Of a DNA stretch of 64,000 nt, positions 25,287-38,347 are shown piece after piece. A program made the translations under genes and the position numbers. A model generated the notes under the pieces. That model had not been told where the DNA came from, did no database searches, and saw nothing but the letters and a program-made list of their open reading frames with translations. The stretch comes from Phoronis australis. Lineage: Eukaryota > Animalia > Phoronida. Numbering within the stretch: the first letter of the stretch is position 1; every line of letters begins with the position of its first letter. The stretch lies in contig NMRA01000057.1 of NCBI GenBank assembly GCA_002633005.1, positions 894,005 through 958,004 of the forward strand. Direction: 5' to 3'.

Positions 25287-28200
25287 CACCCTTACAGAAA
25301 TGAACTTAAGTTTTTCGCTGAAAACTTAAGTTTTTGGCGAAAAAACTTAAGTTTTTGGAAAATAACTTAAGTTTTAGAGGAAAAACGTAAGTTCTTCCGA
25401 AAAACTTAAGTTTTTAAAAGAAACTTAAGTTTTTAAAACTTAAGTTTTTCGCCAAAAACTTAAGTTTTTCAGCACAATGTTAAGTTTTTCAGAAAACTTA
25501 AATTTTTCAGAAAACTTAAGTTTTTCCAAGTGTAAAACTTAAGTTTTCAAAAATAAACTTAAGTTTCAAGTAATAACTTAAGTTTTCGTGAAAACTTATA
25601 TAAGTTTTTTGTACTAACAAAACTTAAGTTTTTCTGATAACTTAAGTTTATCACAAAACTTAAGTTTTTATAATTTTAAAAACTTAAGTTTTCCTGACTT
25701 CTTAAGTTTTTCAGAAAACTGGATTTTTTCATTTGTGGAAAACTTGAATTTTCTAAAAACTTTAAGGTTTCTATGTGATGAAAATTTACGTTTTCAAATT
25801 TTTAAAATTTGAATATTGTGAGATCTATTTAATTTTTGGTTCGAAATTTTTTCCCATTATTTTCCAACAAAAAATTATTGTTTGCTCATGCAAAACCCAT
25901 CATCTCAAAAAAATGTTGCCCGAATGTTTCCTTAGCATTTACATATAGATGCAAATACCACAAAACGACGAACATTTAACCTGGTCAGTACAGAATTAGT
26001 GCAGTTATGTAATCATTACGGCACGTCTTTGTGAATTTAAATGTAGACGAACATCCGGTGACCAACAGCAGTAAGAATGCACCCAATGTTAATCCCCTGA
26101 GACACTGACCTGGTCAGTACAATGTAATCAATTAATTTCATGCAATTCTTAAAAAACGTAGTTCTTGTGCACGTTTCCTTCGTGTTGAGTTGTATTCGTA
26201 AGGCAGTTTCCACCCGAAGTCAACAGTTTGAATATTATAACCGACAGTCAACTTCGAAGAAAAAGTCGTGTGTTGGCTAGCCTGCGACAATGAAGTTTAT
26301 ATTACTACGAGCAGAGCCAGCAAGAAGACATTTCAGAAGTTTTGGAAGTCAGGTTAGTGCCAGAGAGCGTTCTAAAATCGATTGGCCACAATCGGTGCTG
26401 TGATTTCCAACGAACGTGTTAAGTTCAGACTTCAGAAGTTCAGTTGTTATTGTCAGCCACTCACGAGTCACGCTGTCACACACCGACATGGACTCATTCT
26501 GTGTGTGAATTATCTAAACTTCTAACGCGTAATATACTTCTGGAGGTCCATCAGGGGAAGCCATAACGTTCACATAAGGCTATTACTCTATTATATTTCT
26601 GTCTTCTGAGGTTGTGGCAGTGTGATCAATGCAAGGGGGGGGGACTACCAAGGCATAGTGTAATCGGCTCCCAAATTAGAAGAGTAACTGTGGTATCTGA
26701 ACCATTGCCACATGTTCACAGGCGCCGAAATGAGCTAGGACGAACTCAAGACACTTCTGTGTATTCATTAGTTTATATGCCCTCATGCATTAAACTTGAG
26801 TTGTTGCTAACCTGAATTTCAATTTTTGCTATCCGTAAAAATCTTGCATAGTTTTGGTCATCGGTACCTTGTATTAAATTAAAACCAAATTTTAACATAT
26901 AATGATGCCACATATACTGTTATTTTCAATAAATAATTACATTTTTGAAAAATAGATAGACCGCGAAAAAGTCACCCTTCAGACTTCAGAGCGGCAATCC
27001 CTAAGACCGTATTCCTCTTCTTTCGGGAGTCGCCACCGGGAGCCGGGGATTCATAAGAATGTCTTTTGGAATTCCTTCTGAATAAATACCAGGCCTTTTA
27101 AACTGCTGTGTAGTGTAGAAAATATGTCGTCAATCATTCACTTTTTAGCTTTTTCGCTTATCTGTATGACTTACATCCGCTGACGAACGCGGTGCTTCCA
27201 GCATGGGTAAACGCCGGCAAAAATCAAAAGCCATCCCGATCCCGTGTTCACTGTCTCGCAGGCCAGAAAACCTAATTTCTCATGACAGAACCCATCCCCG
27301 CACTCTTTTTGCTTCATAGTATTGCTTTGATTCTTTCTGAACTCGTTTTTTAGCAACTAAACCAATGCTTCCATGTTTAGACGTTTTGCCAGAGTCCAGA
27401 CGATCAGTAGTATCACGTGACAACTTATTCAGAAACTGCAGGGCACGTTCAGAGAATCGAAAGGATTTGACCGCGAGCGTCATCTGTGCACGCTGCATCA
27501 CACTCACTCTATTTTCCTTTCGGTGCTCATTCGAAGACGGGATTTTCTTTGACGACTACAGGGGCTTTTTCGACGGTTTTTATAGGCTTGTGTCGGGGTT
27601 CGTTACTTTGAAGCAAATGTCGAGCAGACAATCTTAGGATCTACTTGCCTATGCAGCTAGCTTTTTAACTTGCCCATCGGGCAAGTACTTTTCAAATTCC
27701 ACTTGCCCGACGCAAAATCTACATGTACACGTGCAATCGGGCAACCGTTAGTGTTGAGCCCTGTCATATCACTACAGGTCAATAATTTGCAAGGTTCACT
27801 TGCCTCATCCACATACCAATCCTAAAATATGGGGGTGCTCAAACTTTTGGGCATGTTGACCTTTTACTAAAACAACGTGGTGTGTTCAGAGCTGTGCACA
27901 GTGCATTCCTGAATTACAGCTTTTTAGTGGACTCGTGTCTCGTTTTCTCATTTTTTTGTTTCTATGAGGCTGACCTTTTCATGCCCACTTCGGCAAGTGG
28001 GGGGGTGCTCGTTCGAGCCTCCCCTTGGTGCGCTTATGTGCTTGGTTCTCAAAATTAAGAATAACCAATGTAACTATTGTATTGCCTATTTTGACTGATT
28101 TGCTCAGGTTTGTCGTGAGGATCTAGGTTATTGAATGCGAAAGGACATTCCGATCCCACCCCCCACCCCCGACATACGTCATAATGTACCCAAGTAAACT

Positions 28201-31200
28201 CTCACCANNNNNNNNNNNNNNNNNNNNNNNNNNNNNNNNNNNNNNNNNNNNNNNNNNNNNNNNNNCTGATCTTTACATGGATAACATTCCCTGTAAATGG
28301 GTTATGTCTGGATTCTTAAGAAGCTATCACATGCTGTTATGTTTGCTAATATCTCATTGTTTTCAGGTCTCTATTAACTTGGCGGAGTACTTGGAAGAAC
28401 TAGATATCCAAACATTTGCATTGAAACAATCACCCAGGGGTGGTATTGGGCTGTTTACATCGACATGGCAGATAGAGCTTCATATGTTTCATTGTTGAGT
28501 TAAAAATAGTGCTGCTATCAGGGTTTGAATTTGAAACAATATGAATTTGTCCTTGGTTTAGCCAATGGGCTTATAATCTTTAACAAGCTCACTTGTTGCC
28601 ATTTGGTCAAGTCAATCTAAAACTTCTTGGTTTTGCTATAAGTTTCAGAAAGGACACGCGGAAGTATACATTTCAGATTAAACTTTCAGTTCTAACCCTG
28701 GTTGTGCCAGCTAAATGTCCATGAAACATTAGTAAGAAGTTCTATGGTGGCTGGAGACAGCTAGTTAGAATACAACTAGCTCTGATCATTATGTAGAGTT
28801 GTGCATTTTCTTATCAGATTAACGAATGAAACAATGAAAAGTTCATAAAAATAATGGGAATTGAAGTTTATTTCAGTTGCCAACAGTTTCATCATTTGAT
28901 AAAAATATTAATTAATTTGTCATAGAACTTGAACTAAAAAGTTACATAATACGATACCTGGTTAGCCTGAAGTCCAACTTTTATTAACACATTAGGTTTT
29001 GTCATATGCACGGTTTGTTCTAGATTGTAATAGCATAATAGGTGACCATGTGCATGTTTTGTATTCAAGTTGTATAGAACAAAATTGTTTTGAATGTCGC
29101 GAATCCAGGATTAACACTTCATTCAAAACAGTATGTGGAAAACTGACCCACTGCAGTGAATGCTTGAAGTAAACTTGCAGACTAGTCTTGCACTTGAATC
29201 CTCACTCTCCAGGATTCCTGGAGAGTGATTGGTTAATTTTTGAGTTTGAAGACTATTCTAGGCTCTGTATATAAGTCAGGAAGTTTAACAAATCAGTGTT
29301 GTATAAACAGCACGATAAATATCCAGCAAGTTAAGTTGTCTTATACTGATAGCTTTTACCCGTCTGTTATTAAAATTTGTTGTCTTTATTGCAGAGTGTG
29401 CCTTCAACAATCGTTGGATAAGGAAGGCTTCCCAGACAACGCAACGTACGCACTTACGAACTGCAGCTCATGAACCTATGAATGCAGTTATCTGAGCTCA
29501 GAAACGCGCGTCTGTAGTCACAAAACATGGATTATTTGCCTGTAAAGCTAAGCGAGCAGATCCAGCTAAAGAAGATTAAGTGGCTGGTGATCTACCGTAG
29601 GGCCCTTTCACATAGACTTAACTCTTGTCTGAGCGGAGCATCGGCGTATACTGCGAAGTTAAGTGGACCGTTCATTCTGGCTTCGGTAGTTAATGAACTT
29701 CGAAGTAAACAGTAGGTGACGCTGTCGTGATCGAAAGTATCGCAAGGTAGCACTGCACGCTAAGCTGTGACAACTTGGGAACATTTACATGTGTTAATTG
29801 ACACAAAACTTATTTCTAAATTGATTGGTGATTATTAGAGCAAGGTACAAGCAACTATTAGCCATCACACTACTATGCAATTGTTAATGATAACAGTGGC
29901 CCCTGGCAATAACTTCGATAGGACTTAAGTTGATAGTTTATACTGACAGTAACTTCCAAAAACTTCGACGCGTCGATGTTAGTATGAAAGGCCCTATATT
30001 TGTATGAAGTTCAGTAGCTTTAAATTAAAGGAAAATGAATATTTTTGTGATCAATGGTCTAAGTTTTCTAATTTCCATCTCGTATAACCAGGTTGTACTT
30101 AGGGTTACTTTTAGTGAAACTTGTTCGCACCATGGAGTGTATTGGATTTGCTTTTATTATGATTGTCAACAAAACGAAACTTTGACATTTAAATTGATAT
30201 TTTTAAGGTTGCAAACAATTATAGGTGATTCTAGGCACTATTTCTAGCATAAGGATTGTACTTTCCAAAATCAGACCTGTCGCCATTGTCGATAAACTTT
30301 TAGTTACCTGTTACGTTTTATGTTATGCTTTTGTCTCTGCAGATATTCTTGGATTTTGCATATTAAGTGACTTGTTATTCTTGGTGTCATTGCTGTAATT
30401 TTAGTTGAAACGTACATGTAGACTTTTGTTGTGACTTTCCTGGCTATGTAATCACATTTTCTTTGGTTGTGTTTCATGATTTGGTAGGGATTTCTCTGTT
30501 TGTACATTCCATTTTGCTCCCTCAGTTATCGCATAATTGTCATAGATTAAGAACGATGCAAATAATGAACATATTATTAGCCTCATTTAGTTTTCACTGC
30601 ATTGTATGCATGACACTTGATGAACTGATTTTTGAAATGTTTCTGGTTTTTAAGATTTTGATATTTCACTTATGTTCACTTATTTTAAGGAACTAGTGTA
30701 TTTTAGGCAGTGCATTTTATTTTCTGCAATTAATCATTGTTAATGTAATGTTAGAACTTTATGAGAATCATTAAATTTGTTACTTTACTCCACTCTTGTT
30801 TTAGTGAAAGTCGAAATTTTTGAATGTCTGTCCTATTGAAACTTATTGCTTTTAGAAAACTTCAGTTTTCAAAAGTTAGTTCCTTGAAAACTTATGTTCG
30901 GAAAACTTAGTTTTCAAAAATTTAAGTTTTGATGACTTATGTTTGTTACTAAAAACTTGTTCCAAAACTTAAGTTTTTCAAAAACTTAAGTTTCTGAAAC
31001 TTAAGTTTTCCAAAAACTTAAGTATTTTGGAACAAGTTTTTTGGAACGAACTTAAGTTTTTAAAACTTAAGTTTTCAGAAAACTTAAGTTTTTGAAAAAC
31101 TTCAAGTTTTCAGAACTTAAGTTTTTTGAAAAACTTAAGTTTTCAGAACTTAAGTTTTTGAAACACTTAAGTTTTTGAAAACTTAAGTTATGAAAACTTA

Positions 31201-31315
31201 AGTTCGTTCCAAAAAACTTGTTCCAAAATACTTTTCGGGAATGAAAACTTAAGTTTTTCAGACCAAAAACTTAAGTTTTTCGATGAAAACTTAAGTTCAT
31301 TTTTGTAAGGGCATG
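25287..31315. mobile_element. ~6-kb non-autonomous foldback/CACTA(EnSpm)-like element with long subterminal arrays of palindromic AAACTTAAGTTT
   Basis: Left ta|CACCCTTACAGAAATGAACTTAAG mirrors right CTTAAGTTCATTTTTGTAAGGG(ca)TG|ta; dozens of AACTTAAGTT units at 25303-25770 and 30840-31298; no transposase ORF; N gap at 28208-28265. Confidence 0.8.
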
Positions 31316-32435
31316 TACAGTGTATATATGTACAATATTACAATTACGGCTTTGAAAGAACAAATTGCCTTGAGGCCTGTGAAACATATCCATTTGTTTT
31401 GACGGCAATGGTCCCAGCACTTTCTGAACAGTAAACAGTTGGTTTATTTCACATTCACTGACAGTTCACCCAGTATGCATCCAATACTCCGGATGCCCAC
31501 AGACGTCCCATAGGGGGCACTTGAAAGATCCATAATCTTTTAGTACCTCTATCCACGGATTACGTATGCACAATGTGACATTTTGCAGATATTCTCTTTG
31601 TGATACAAATTAAACAATTGCTCAAATTTAGTTTTCTGTCTTTTGAGGACTACTACATCACTGAAACAGTGCTTTTATTTCATGATTGTTATACATGTAT
31701 CAAATACAAAACTAAAAAGCCAATACTGAATTGGGGAAAGCCCTGTGAAAGATTTCACAGTTCGCTAACCACCGGGCCACAATATACATGTAGACCAAGT
31801 CATTGAGTCCATTACGGTAATAACAATATACTATGACGGGTAAACATAAATATAGATCATTATAAGGGGAAGTCGTTTTATGTTTGATCACATCTTTCTT
31901 CAATAGGAATTGGTGGGAAAAACTATACGTAATTTTTGTAAAATATGTCTCCTTATTTGTAATAAGCTTATTTTAACCATTATCGTTTAGTTTTCTTTAT
32001 TGGAAGTGGTATGCAATGGCCTTAACTAAAGCGGAAATACAGAGGCCAAACTGTGAATTAAATTACCGTGCCAACAAAAGGGCCAGACAAAAACTGAAGC
32101 TGTTTGCCAGGGCTGGTTGGTCAGACTCTAAACTTGAGGACTAAATAGAGAGTTCAAAATCGCAGGATGAAGTTTAGGGAACAAGTGAGAGACAACAGTC
32201 TGGATAAATCGTCAATCTCCCTGCCAGTTAGTAATACAGGTGACAACCATTTGACCATTAGGACTTAAGTGTTTGCCCTATCGCAAGGTCCGCACCCTCG
32301 CGAAATGTCGACAAGCAAGCGATAAATTTTACCCAAAGGGTTGCCACTTTGAATCTTCATAGGTTTATAATATATTATGGCTATGGTGAAGATATACTTA
32401 AAAGCTCTACTAAATTCTGAACAATATTCATGTTG

Positions 32436-32640
32436 GCCACTTTCGGACTTAACACTGGTAGGTCGTAAAACTACCGGGTACGTGACCTTCATTGAACAGC
32501 CCTGCGCATACAGCCGTCATGGTGACCTGCTCAGTTCAACACAATGGGGAACTTGACCAGATGTGCTGCAGGATAAGCGTTAGGTTCAATATCTGCCAAA
32601 GCTGCAGGGGTATATAAGCTGGCCCAGATCCTCATGTTTT
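32436..32640 (+). promoter_or_regulatory. Proximal promoter of gene B, TATA box TATATAAG at 32611-32618
   Basis: Same TATA-to-ATG spacing (58 nt) as gene A; conserved non-coding block. Confidence 0.65.
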
Positions 32641-32668
32641 ACATTCCTTGAGAACTGTAGACAACAGA

Positions 32669-33725
32669 ATGACTTGCATGCAGTGGATCACTGTAATAGT
32701 GTCTTTGAATTATGTACTGGCAGGTGAAGCACCACTGACAGCTTCAGATTTTCGTAGCCAGATGGAAGTCATCAAAACTGAGCTGGACTTGCTGAAGAAG
32801 GTGATGAATTCAGTCTTATCTAAAACGCAGCAGTCGACTGGTGAAAGTATTGTTGCCAGGCCTTCAAATGATATCCAACTGCTACAGCTAAGAATGTCAC
32901 TAGAATCAAAGACCAGAAATCTGGAAAAGGAAACAGAAAAAGCGAAATCGAGACAACAGAGATGCGGGACTGGTCTTGCCTCTCCGTCTTACAGACTCCA
33001 TATGGTAGAATCACAGCAAAACATTATAACAAAACAGGCCTTGCTCGAAGCTCGTCTGAATCTGATGATGACTCAGTCACGTGATCAGGCATCTGAGGTG
33101 AACAACTTGAAGATGCAAGTAGCTGAACAGGAAAAAGTGTTGAATAAGTGTGACACTGCTCTAACATCGCTGAAGAGGCAATTCGATATTGCCCAACAGC
33201 TTGCTAAGCAGAAGGATGTCAGCTGGAATCAGACAAGTGAGCAAGATGTCTTCAGAATTACCCAAGCAGACATACGCGACAAACAGAATCTTGTTATGAA
33301 GACAATGGCCCACCAAACTCGCTTGATTAAAGCATGCGATACGAAAGTAGAAGAATACAAAGACGACTGCATGGCAAACATTAACAACAGAACCAGTGTA
33401 ATGCAACAAAGAATCAACACATTTTCAAGCAACCAACAAAACCATAGCTTGCTGATAAAACAGCAAGAAACATTTCTCAACTGGTTAACAGAACAGAGGG
33501 CGGCCCAGGACAACAAGACTTCCGCACAACTGAAACATTTCTCTGATGTTTACAAGCAACTCAATACAGACTTGAACAGCCTAGATGTAGCTCACAACAG
33601 ACTGGAGCAGGATTTCGCTAACCACACACAACAAGCAAAGGAAACTGATGATTTCCTCGAGTCCCAACAAAAAGGTCTGCAAATGCAGCAGGCGATATTA
33701 ACATCGGAGCTTAGTGACCTCGAAA
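32669..33725 (+). CDS. Gene B exon 1: signal peptide + long coiled coil of a secreted olfactomedin (amassin-like) protein (model 32669-33725, 34079-34141, 37566-38347; ~633 aa)
   Basis: MTCMQWITVIVSLNYVLAG; 352 open Q/L/E/K-rich codons; donor AA|gtaagg phase 1; paralog of 6016-6604. Confidence 0.88.
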
Positions 33726-34078
33726 GTAAGGGCACTTCATGAAATTTACATTGTAAAACTATATCAATACTTGAATGTCTTTTCTCATCATTTTGAAGTG
33801 CTTATATGACCACGTGGTAAAATAACATGAACAATCTTGCTCAGTGCCCAAACTTATCGTATTTTCTCAACAGCAACAACACAATGAAATAAACTGTGTT
33901 AAATGTGAAGAAAAAGGCATTTTAAACCACTAAAATGTCATAAAGGTCACAGAATTTCAGGCAAGTTTGCCACAGAATGTTACCATGTCACAGGGAATCT
34001 AGTATTCTCTGTAAAGAAGATCGATGTTTGTTATTAATGCCAGCACAGTAATGAATAGTAGTTGGTTTAACATTACAG

Positions 34079-34141
34079 GTCACTTGAATTTGACCTACGC
34101 CATGTTGATGAATTTGACGAAAAAAGAAACTACACTGAACG
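34079..34141 (+). CDS. Gene B exon 2 (63 nt, phase 1/1)
   Basis: cattacag|GT CAC TTG...AAC G|gtaagt; open frame HLNLTYAMLMNLTKKETTLN. Confidence 0.7.
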
Positions 34142-35659
34142 GTAAGTGAATAGGCAATTCCTGTACGGTAGCGCTAATGATAACGTTTGACATACAGGCA
34201 TTTAGGTAGGCCCTTGGACCCTAAGCTTATAAATGACCCCCTGCTAATCAACTGCTTTTCTATTCTCTAGTCATGTATTAATATTCTTCACTTGCACCTC
34301 ATGATGAATTACGAGATTGGCATTACTAGGACGAAATCACTGAAATTCAAATTCAATGACAGGATATTGCTCATGGCAAAAATGACTAACAAAACTTGAA
34401 TTCTGAATATTTCTTTGAAAGACGGATTTAACCGGCAAAGATGTCGAAAAGAATTATGACATTTGCTAGTACTTCCTGATCAATAACATTTTAGCTACAT
34501 GTAAAGTTATGATCTTAGAATAGTAACCAATTATCTGACCATATAGTTATCCCGGAGGCGTGACGTCGTACATAGAAAGAACAAAACATTTTTGCTTCTG
34601 CAAAAATGTCAGAAAGCGACGGATCTGGCGATCTGCACCTAGCCAAATTGTGGTCTTAATTTTTGTTTGGCAACCTGGTAAAAATTCCAGGTCGCCACAC
34701 CTCATATGAGCACGCACGCAAAATACCACAGGAAGTAGTCGTGTATGGGATATAGGGCCCAGGAGGGGAGCTTGATAGCAACCTAGCACGCGAGGCACGT
34801 ATTCTAATTGTCTGTTCAAGCAAAAAATGTCATTCGGGGACTTCAGATGCACAAGCAGACGTTTGCTGAATTGGTCAGGTATCTAATTCATTATATCATT
34901 TTTGGCTCTGGCCAAAGAGGTTTGACGACCTCAGTTCTTGTCTGACAACCTGGGAATAGTCTCTGTGCCTGGTCGCACTTGATAAGTTGTTGAACGGAAA
35001 TGAGAAAAGAGCGATGAAAATCAATATTTCATTTAAGAATATATTTCCACAACAATTCATTACGGAATCAACTTCCTATCTTAGATATTCATCCTTCAAG
35101 AAGAGTCTCCTCATTTTGAGAGACAAAAATTGAAAAAAACAATACAACACTCTGTATTCATTAACAGCATTTGGTGAATTTGTCAATTTTTGGGAAATAA
35201 ATAAATGCAAATTCTGAACTTGAGACAAATTTTTATCTGAAGAACAAATATTGCAATTACTTTTCCATTGTCTAAATCAAAAGATTTTTTCCTAAACGTG
35301 CACTTTCACAGGCTATAATTTATTGTTAATTAGTAACATAATCTGTTCATGGCTGTTCCAGAAACAAACGTATGGGGGGAGGCACTTTCATTTTTTACCC
35401 ACCGGCTATATTTTTCTTTTATTTCTCCAACCCGCGACCCATAATTTTTGATAAGGTTGACATATACATTGTAAAATATAACCACCCATAATATCTTTAA
35501 ATTATGCTTAAATTTTACATGGTAATTAGGTTTTATTCTCTACAGATATTTTCAGTCTTCAGTGTTTTGTGAGCCTACAACTGGCCAGCAGACACAACAC
35601 CAGCTTCGGTCCCAGGCAAGAAATAGAAATATACACGATTCCAGTGAACAGGGATCACT

Positions 35660-36520
35660 GAACAAGAATGTTGGTATGCGCCCTTCGTGTGCATTGCAAA
35701 TGGCAGATGCATGGGTTGCGCGTTATTTCAAAATTCCAACAAGAGGCAGCAACATATAGACCTATAAACAAATTGCCTCTAGGATGATCTCTTAAGTACT
35801 ACTGTAGCTGTCCTGTCGAATGTTGCCGAAAATTAAAGCAGTCAAGAGGGTGGTCAAATCAAAACGAAAATCGACTGCTGTCAGCGCATCCAACCCTGTC
35901 ATATATCTTTATGCCAAATTTCATCCAGTATTGTCTAGCGTTTTTGAGATATTAATCAACCTATCTTGTCAAAAACTAAAATGGCCAACAGGAGGTGCTA
36001 CAGTAGTCAAATCTGTCCGAAAATCGACTGGTGCCAGCTCAAACCGGCCATCTATCTCTATGCCAAATGTCATCATGATCCGTCTAGTGATTTCACGATA
36101 ATCGACGGACAAGAAATGACCTGAGCAGTCGAAAACTATCAGGGAATTCCACACTAGATACATCCGTCCAAAAATCCATTGGTGCCGGCACATTCTCGCC
36201 ATACATGTACATGTATACCAATGTATCGAATTCATTCATTGTGATCCGACAAGCAGTTTTTGAGATAACTGACGCACAAGGAATGACTTGAAAATTAAAA
36301 TAGCCAACGTGGGGGTACCACGGTAGTCAATTCGGTCCGAAAATCGACTGGTGCTTGCGCATCCCCGCCAAGTACATGTATCTCTATACCAAATTTCATC
36401 ATGATCCACCAAGCAGTTCTTAAGATAATTAATGGACAAGAAATGATGATGACAGACGAACCGATCGGCAGACAGACGAACGAAAGGACCACTGTATGCG
36501 ACAACAAGTTTTTGTGGGTG
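35660..36520 (+). repeat. Second array of the ~140-bp monomer repeat family, in gene B intron 2
   Basis: Repeated aaaatcgactggtgc, tgccaaatttcatc, gccaacaggaggtgc; gacagacgaac tail; resembles 20145-21980. Confidence 0.7.
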
Positions 36521-37565
36521 CAGGAAAATTTCACGTGACATCACAACTCATATCAGTTACATGTATCAGAAACTTGCTTTTCAAAGACACCTGTGTGCAA
36601 TACACTAGGCCGCTACCAGGTGTCCCTATCCACCACATGTCTCCTTAACTTCAATAATTTTTTTAATTTCATGAATCTGCGAATCTCAAAGGGTTTCCAC
36701 GAATGCCTTTAGGCAGCTATGTCAAGTGAATATTGGAAATTGTTTGTCCGTCTACTCGACATACATTTTATTAAAAATTCATCAATTTTCTTACAAGTGT
36801 TAACACCAGTTTAGTGTTGCAGTTATTTTCATTCTAATATGAGTGTACGACATGTGCTTGTAATCAAGTAGCCCATGACTTAACTAATGGCATAGAGTAC
36901 ATATTGCACTCTCTACACTAGCAACATGAGCTCGTTTTGTTGTATATGGAAGTTTTGGGTACGGGGGTTTTCCGTAGATAAGCCCGTGGGCGTGTATTAG
37001 GAAAATGAAAAAGTTCAGGCGTTTTAGGGACACCAAATAAACGCCCGGGCGTTAATTCGGAAAAGGGGCGAGTAGAAGGAAAGTCATAGTTTTGCTGAGT
37101 TTGAATTTATTTCTTCAAACTGTGTTGTTAAATTTTATGTTCAAAATGCATAGTTAGCCAAACAACTTGTTCGTTTTCATAAAATAATGATAAATGCTCC
37201 ATAAAATTGAATTTGTGACAAAAAGTTGACTAGCAGTTTGCTTTTAAGAGTGAATTCTCCGAATAAAGGCCCCGCTATGTGCAAAGTTAGCACTAGAAGT
37301 TGTAGCATTAAACAAAGGCCCATTGGGCGTTTATTTGGCATAATTTCATCTGGTGGTATCTGCCAAGTGAACTTATTGGTAGCAATTTTTCAGAGGGTAC
37401 AGAGGCTGAAAATACCCATCTGTCAACATTTACAGGACAAAAACACCACCTGTTTTTTTACTTCAACTGCTGTCCCCCTCCCATAAAATTTTGCTGCAAC
37501 AACCTAAATTTAGTTGTTGATTGTGGTGTTGAAATCTAGTTATGCATAACCAATTGCATTCACAG

Positions 37566-38347
37566 ACAAATGCAGAGACTTACGGGGGTTCAAGAAGGGA
37601 CAGGTTCTCTCCCAACGAGGCTCTACTCAAGGTACATTTGGAAGGGACCAACTATCAAAAACAGGAGCGTTCTACAGCATGGATGGTTACGATAATGCAA
37701 GAACTCTTAAACTGTATCATTCAGAGGCAGACTTCATAAACAACAACAATGTCAAGTCTTACAGCTTGCCAATAGGCTGTGATGGCGCTCAAGCCCAGAT
37801 GATTGGTGGAAAATTATTCTGCGCAAAGACGAATGCACCAATGGTACTTGTATATGACTTGACAAATTTGAGCAGACCCTACAAGTTGATTAACCTGTCA
37901 AATTTCGGCACTAGAGTCGCCATCAGAAATACATGCCATTACGAATGGGGAGGTTACTCTGATATTGACATTGCAGTTGATGAAACAGGAATTTATATTC
38001 TCTGGGCAAGCGTATACTCAAATTGCAACTTTGTCCTGGGCAGAGTTGATCCACAGACATTCACCATTGGAAAAATGTGGCAAATTCCCATCACAAAAAC
38101 AGCAAAGGGCAATGCATTTATGGTGTGCGGCAAACTTTACGTGACCGCCAGCTATAATGATAAAAGTACTACCATCTCACACGTGTTTGACACACGTGAC
38201 AACAACATCGTAACCAACTCGGGTATAAGTTACAGTAACGAATATGGCTACGGAGCTCATGCTCATTACGATTCCAGGGATAAAGCGCTTTACGTGTGGG
38301 ACAACCGTCATCAGTTAAGGGTAGAAATCGAGTGGAAATCAGCTTAA
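37566..38347 (+). CDS. Gene B terminal exon: complete olfactomedin (OLF) beta-propeller domain
   Basis: ttcacag|AC AAA TGC phase 1; KCRDLRGF..GTFGRD, YEWGGYSDIDIAVDETGIYILWAS, GNAFMVCGKLY, YDSRDKALYVWDNRHQL; stop at 38345-38347. Confidence 0.95.

Noticed and set aside
35546-35615. Extra gene B exon (acceptor 35546, GC donor after 35615, PADTTPASVP-like linker)
   Set aside because: No good acceptor/donor pair gives an open phase-1/1 exon; the 60-nt version contains TGA. May be a decayed exon; RNA-seq needed.
36955-37345. Possible small TIR element (aataaacgccc / gggcgtttattt motifs)
   Set aside because: Termini and TSD could not be defined with confidence.
37566-38347. Intronless OLF exon as proof of retroposition
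   Set aside because: OLF domains are commonly encoded mostly by one large terminal exon; no polyA tail or TSD seen.
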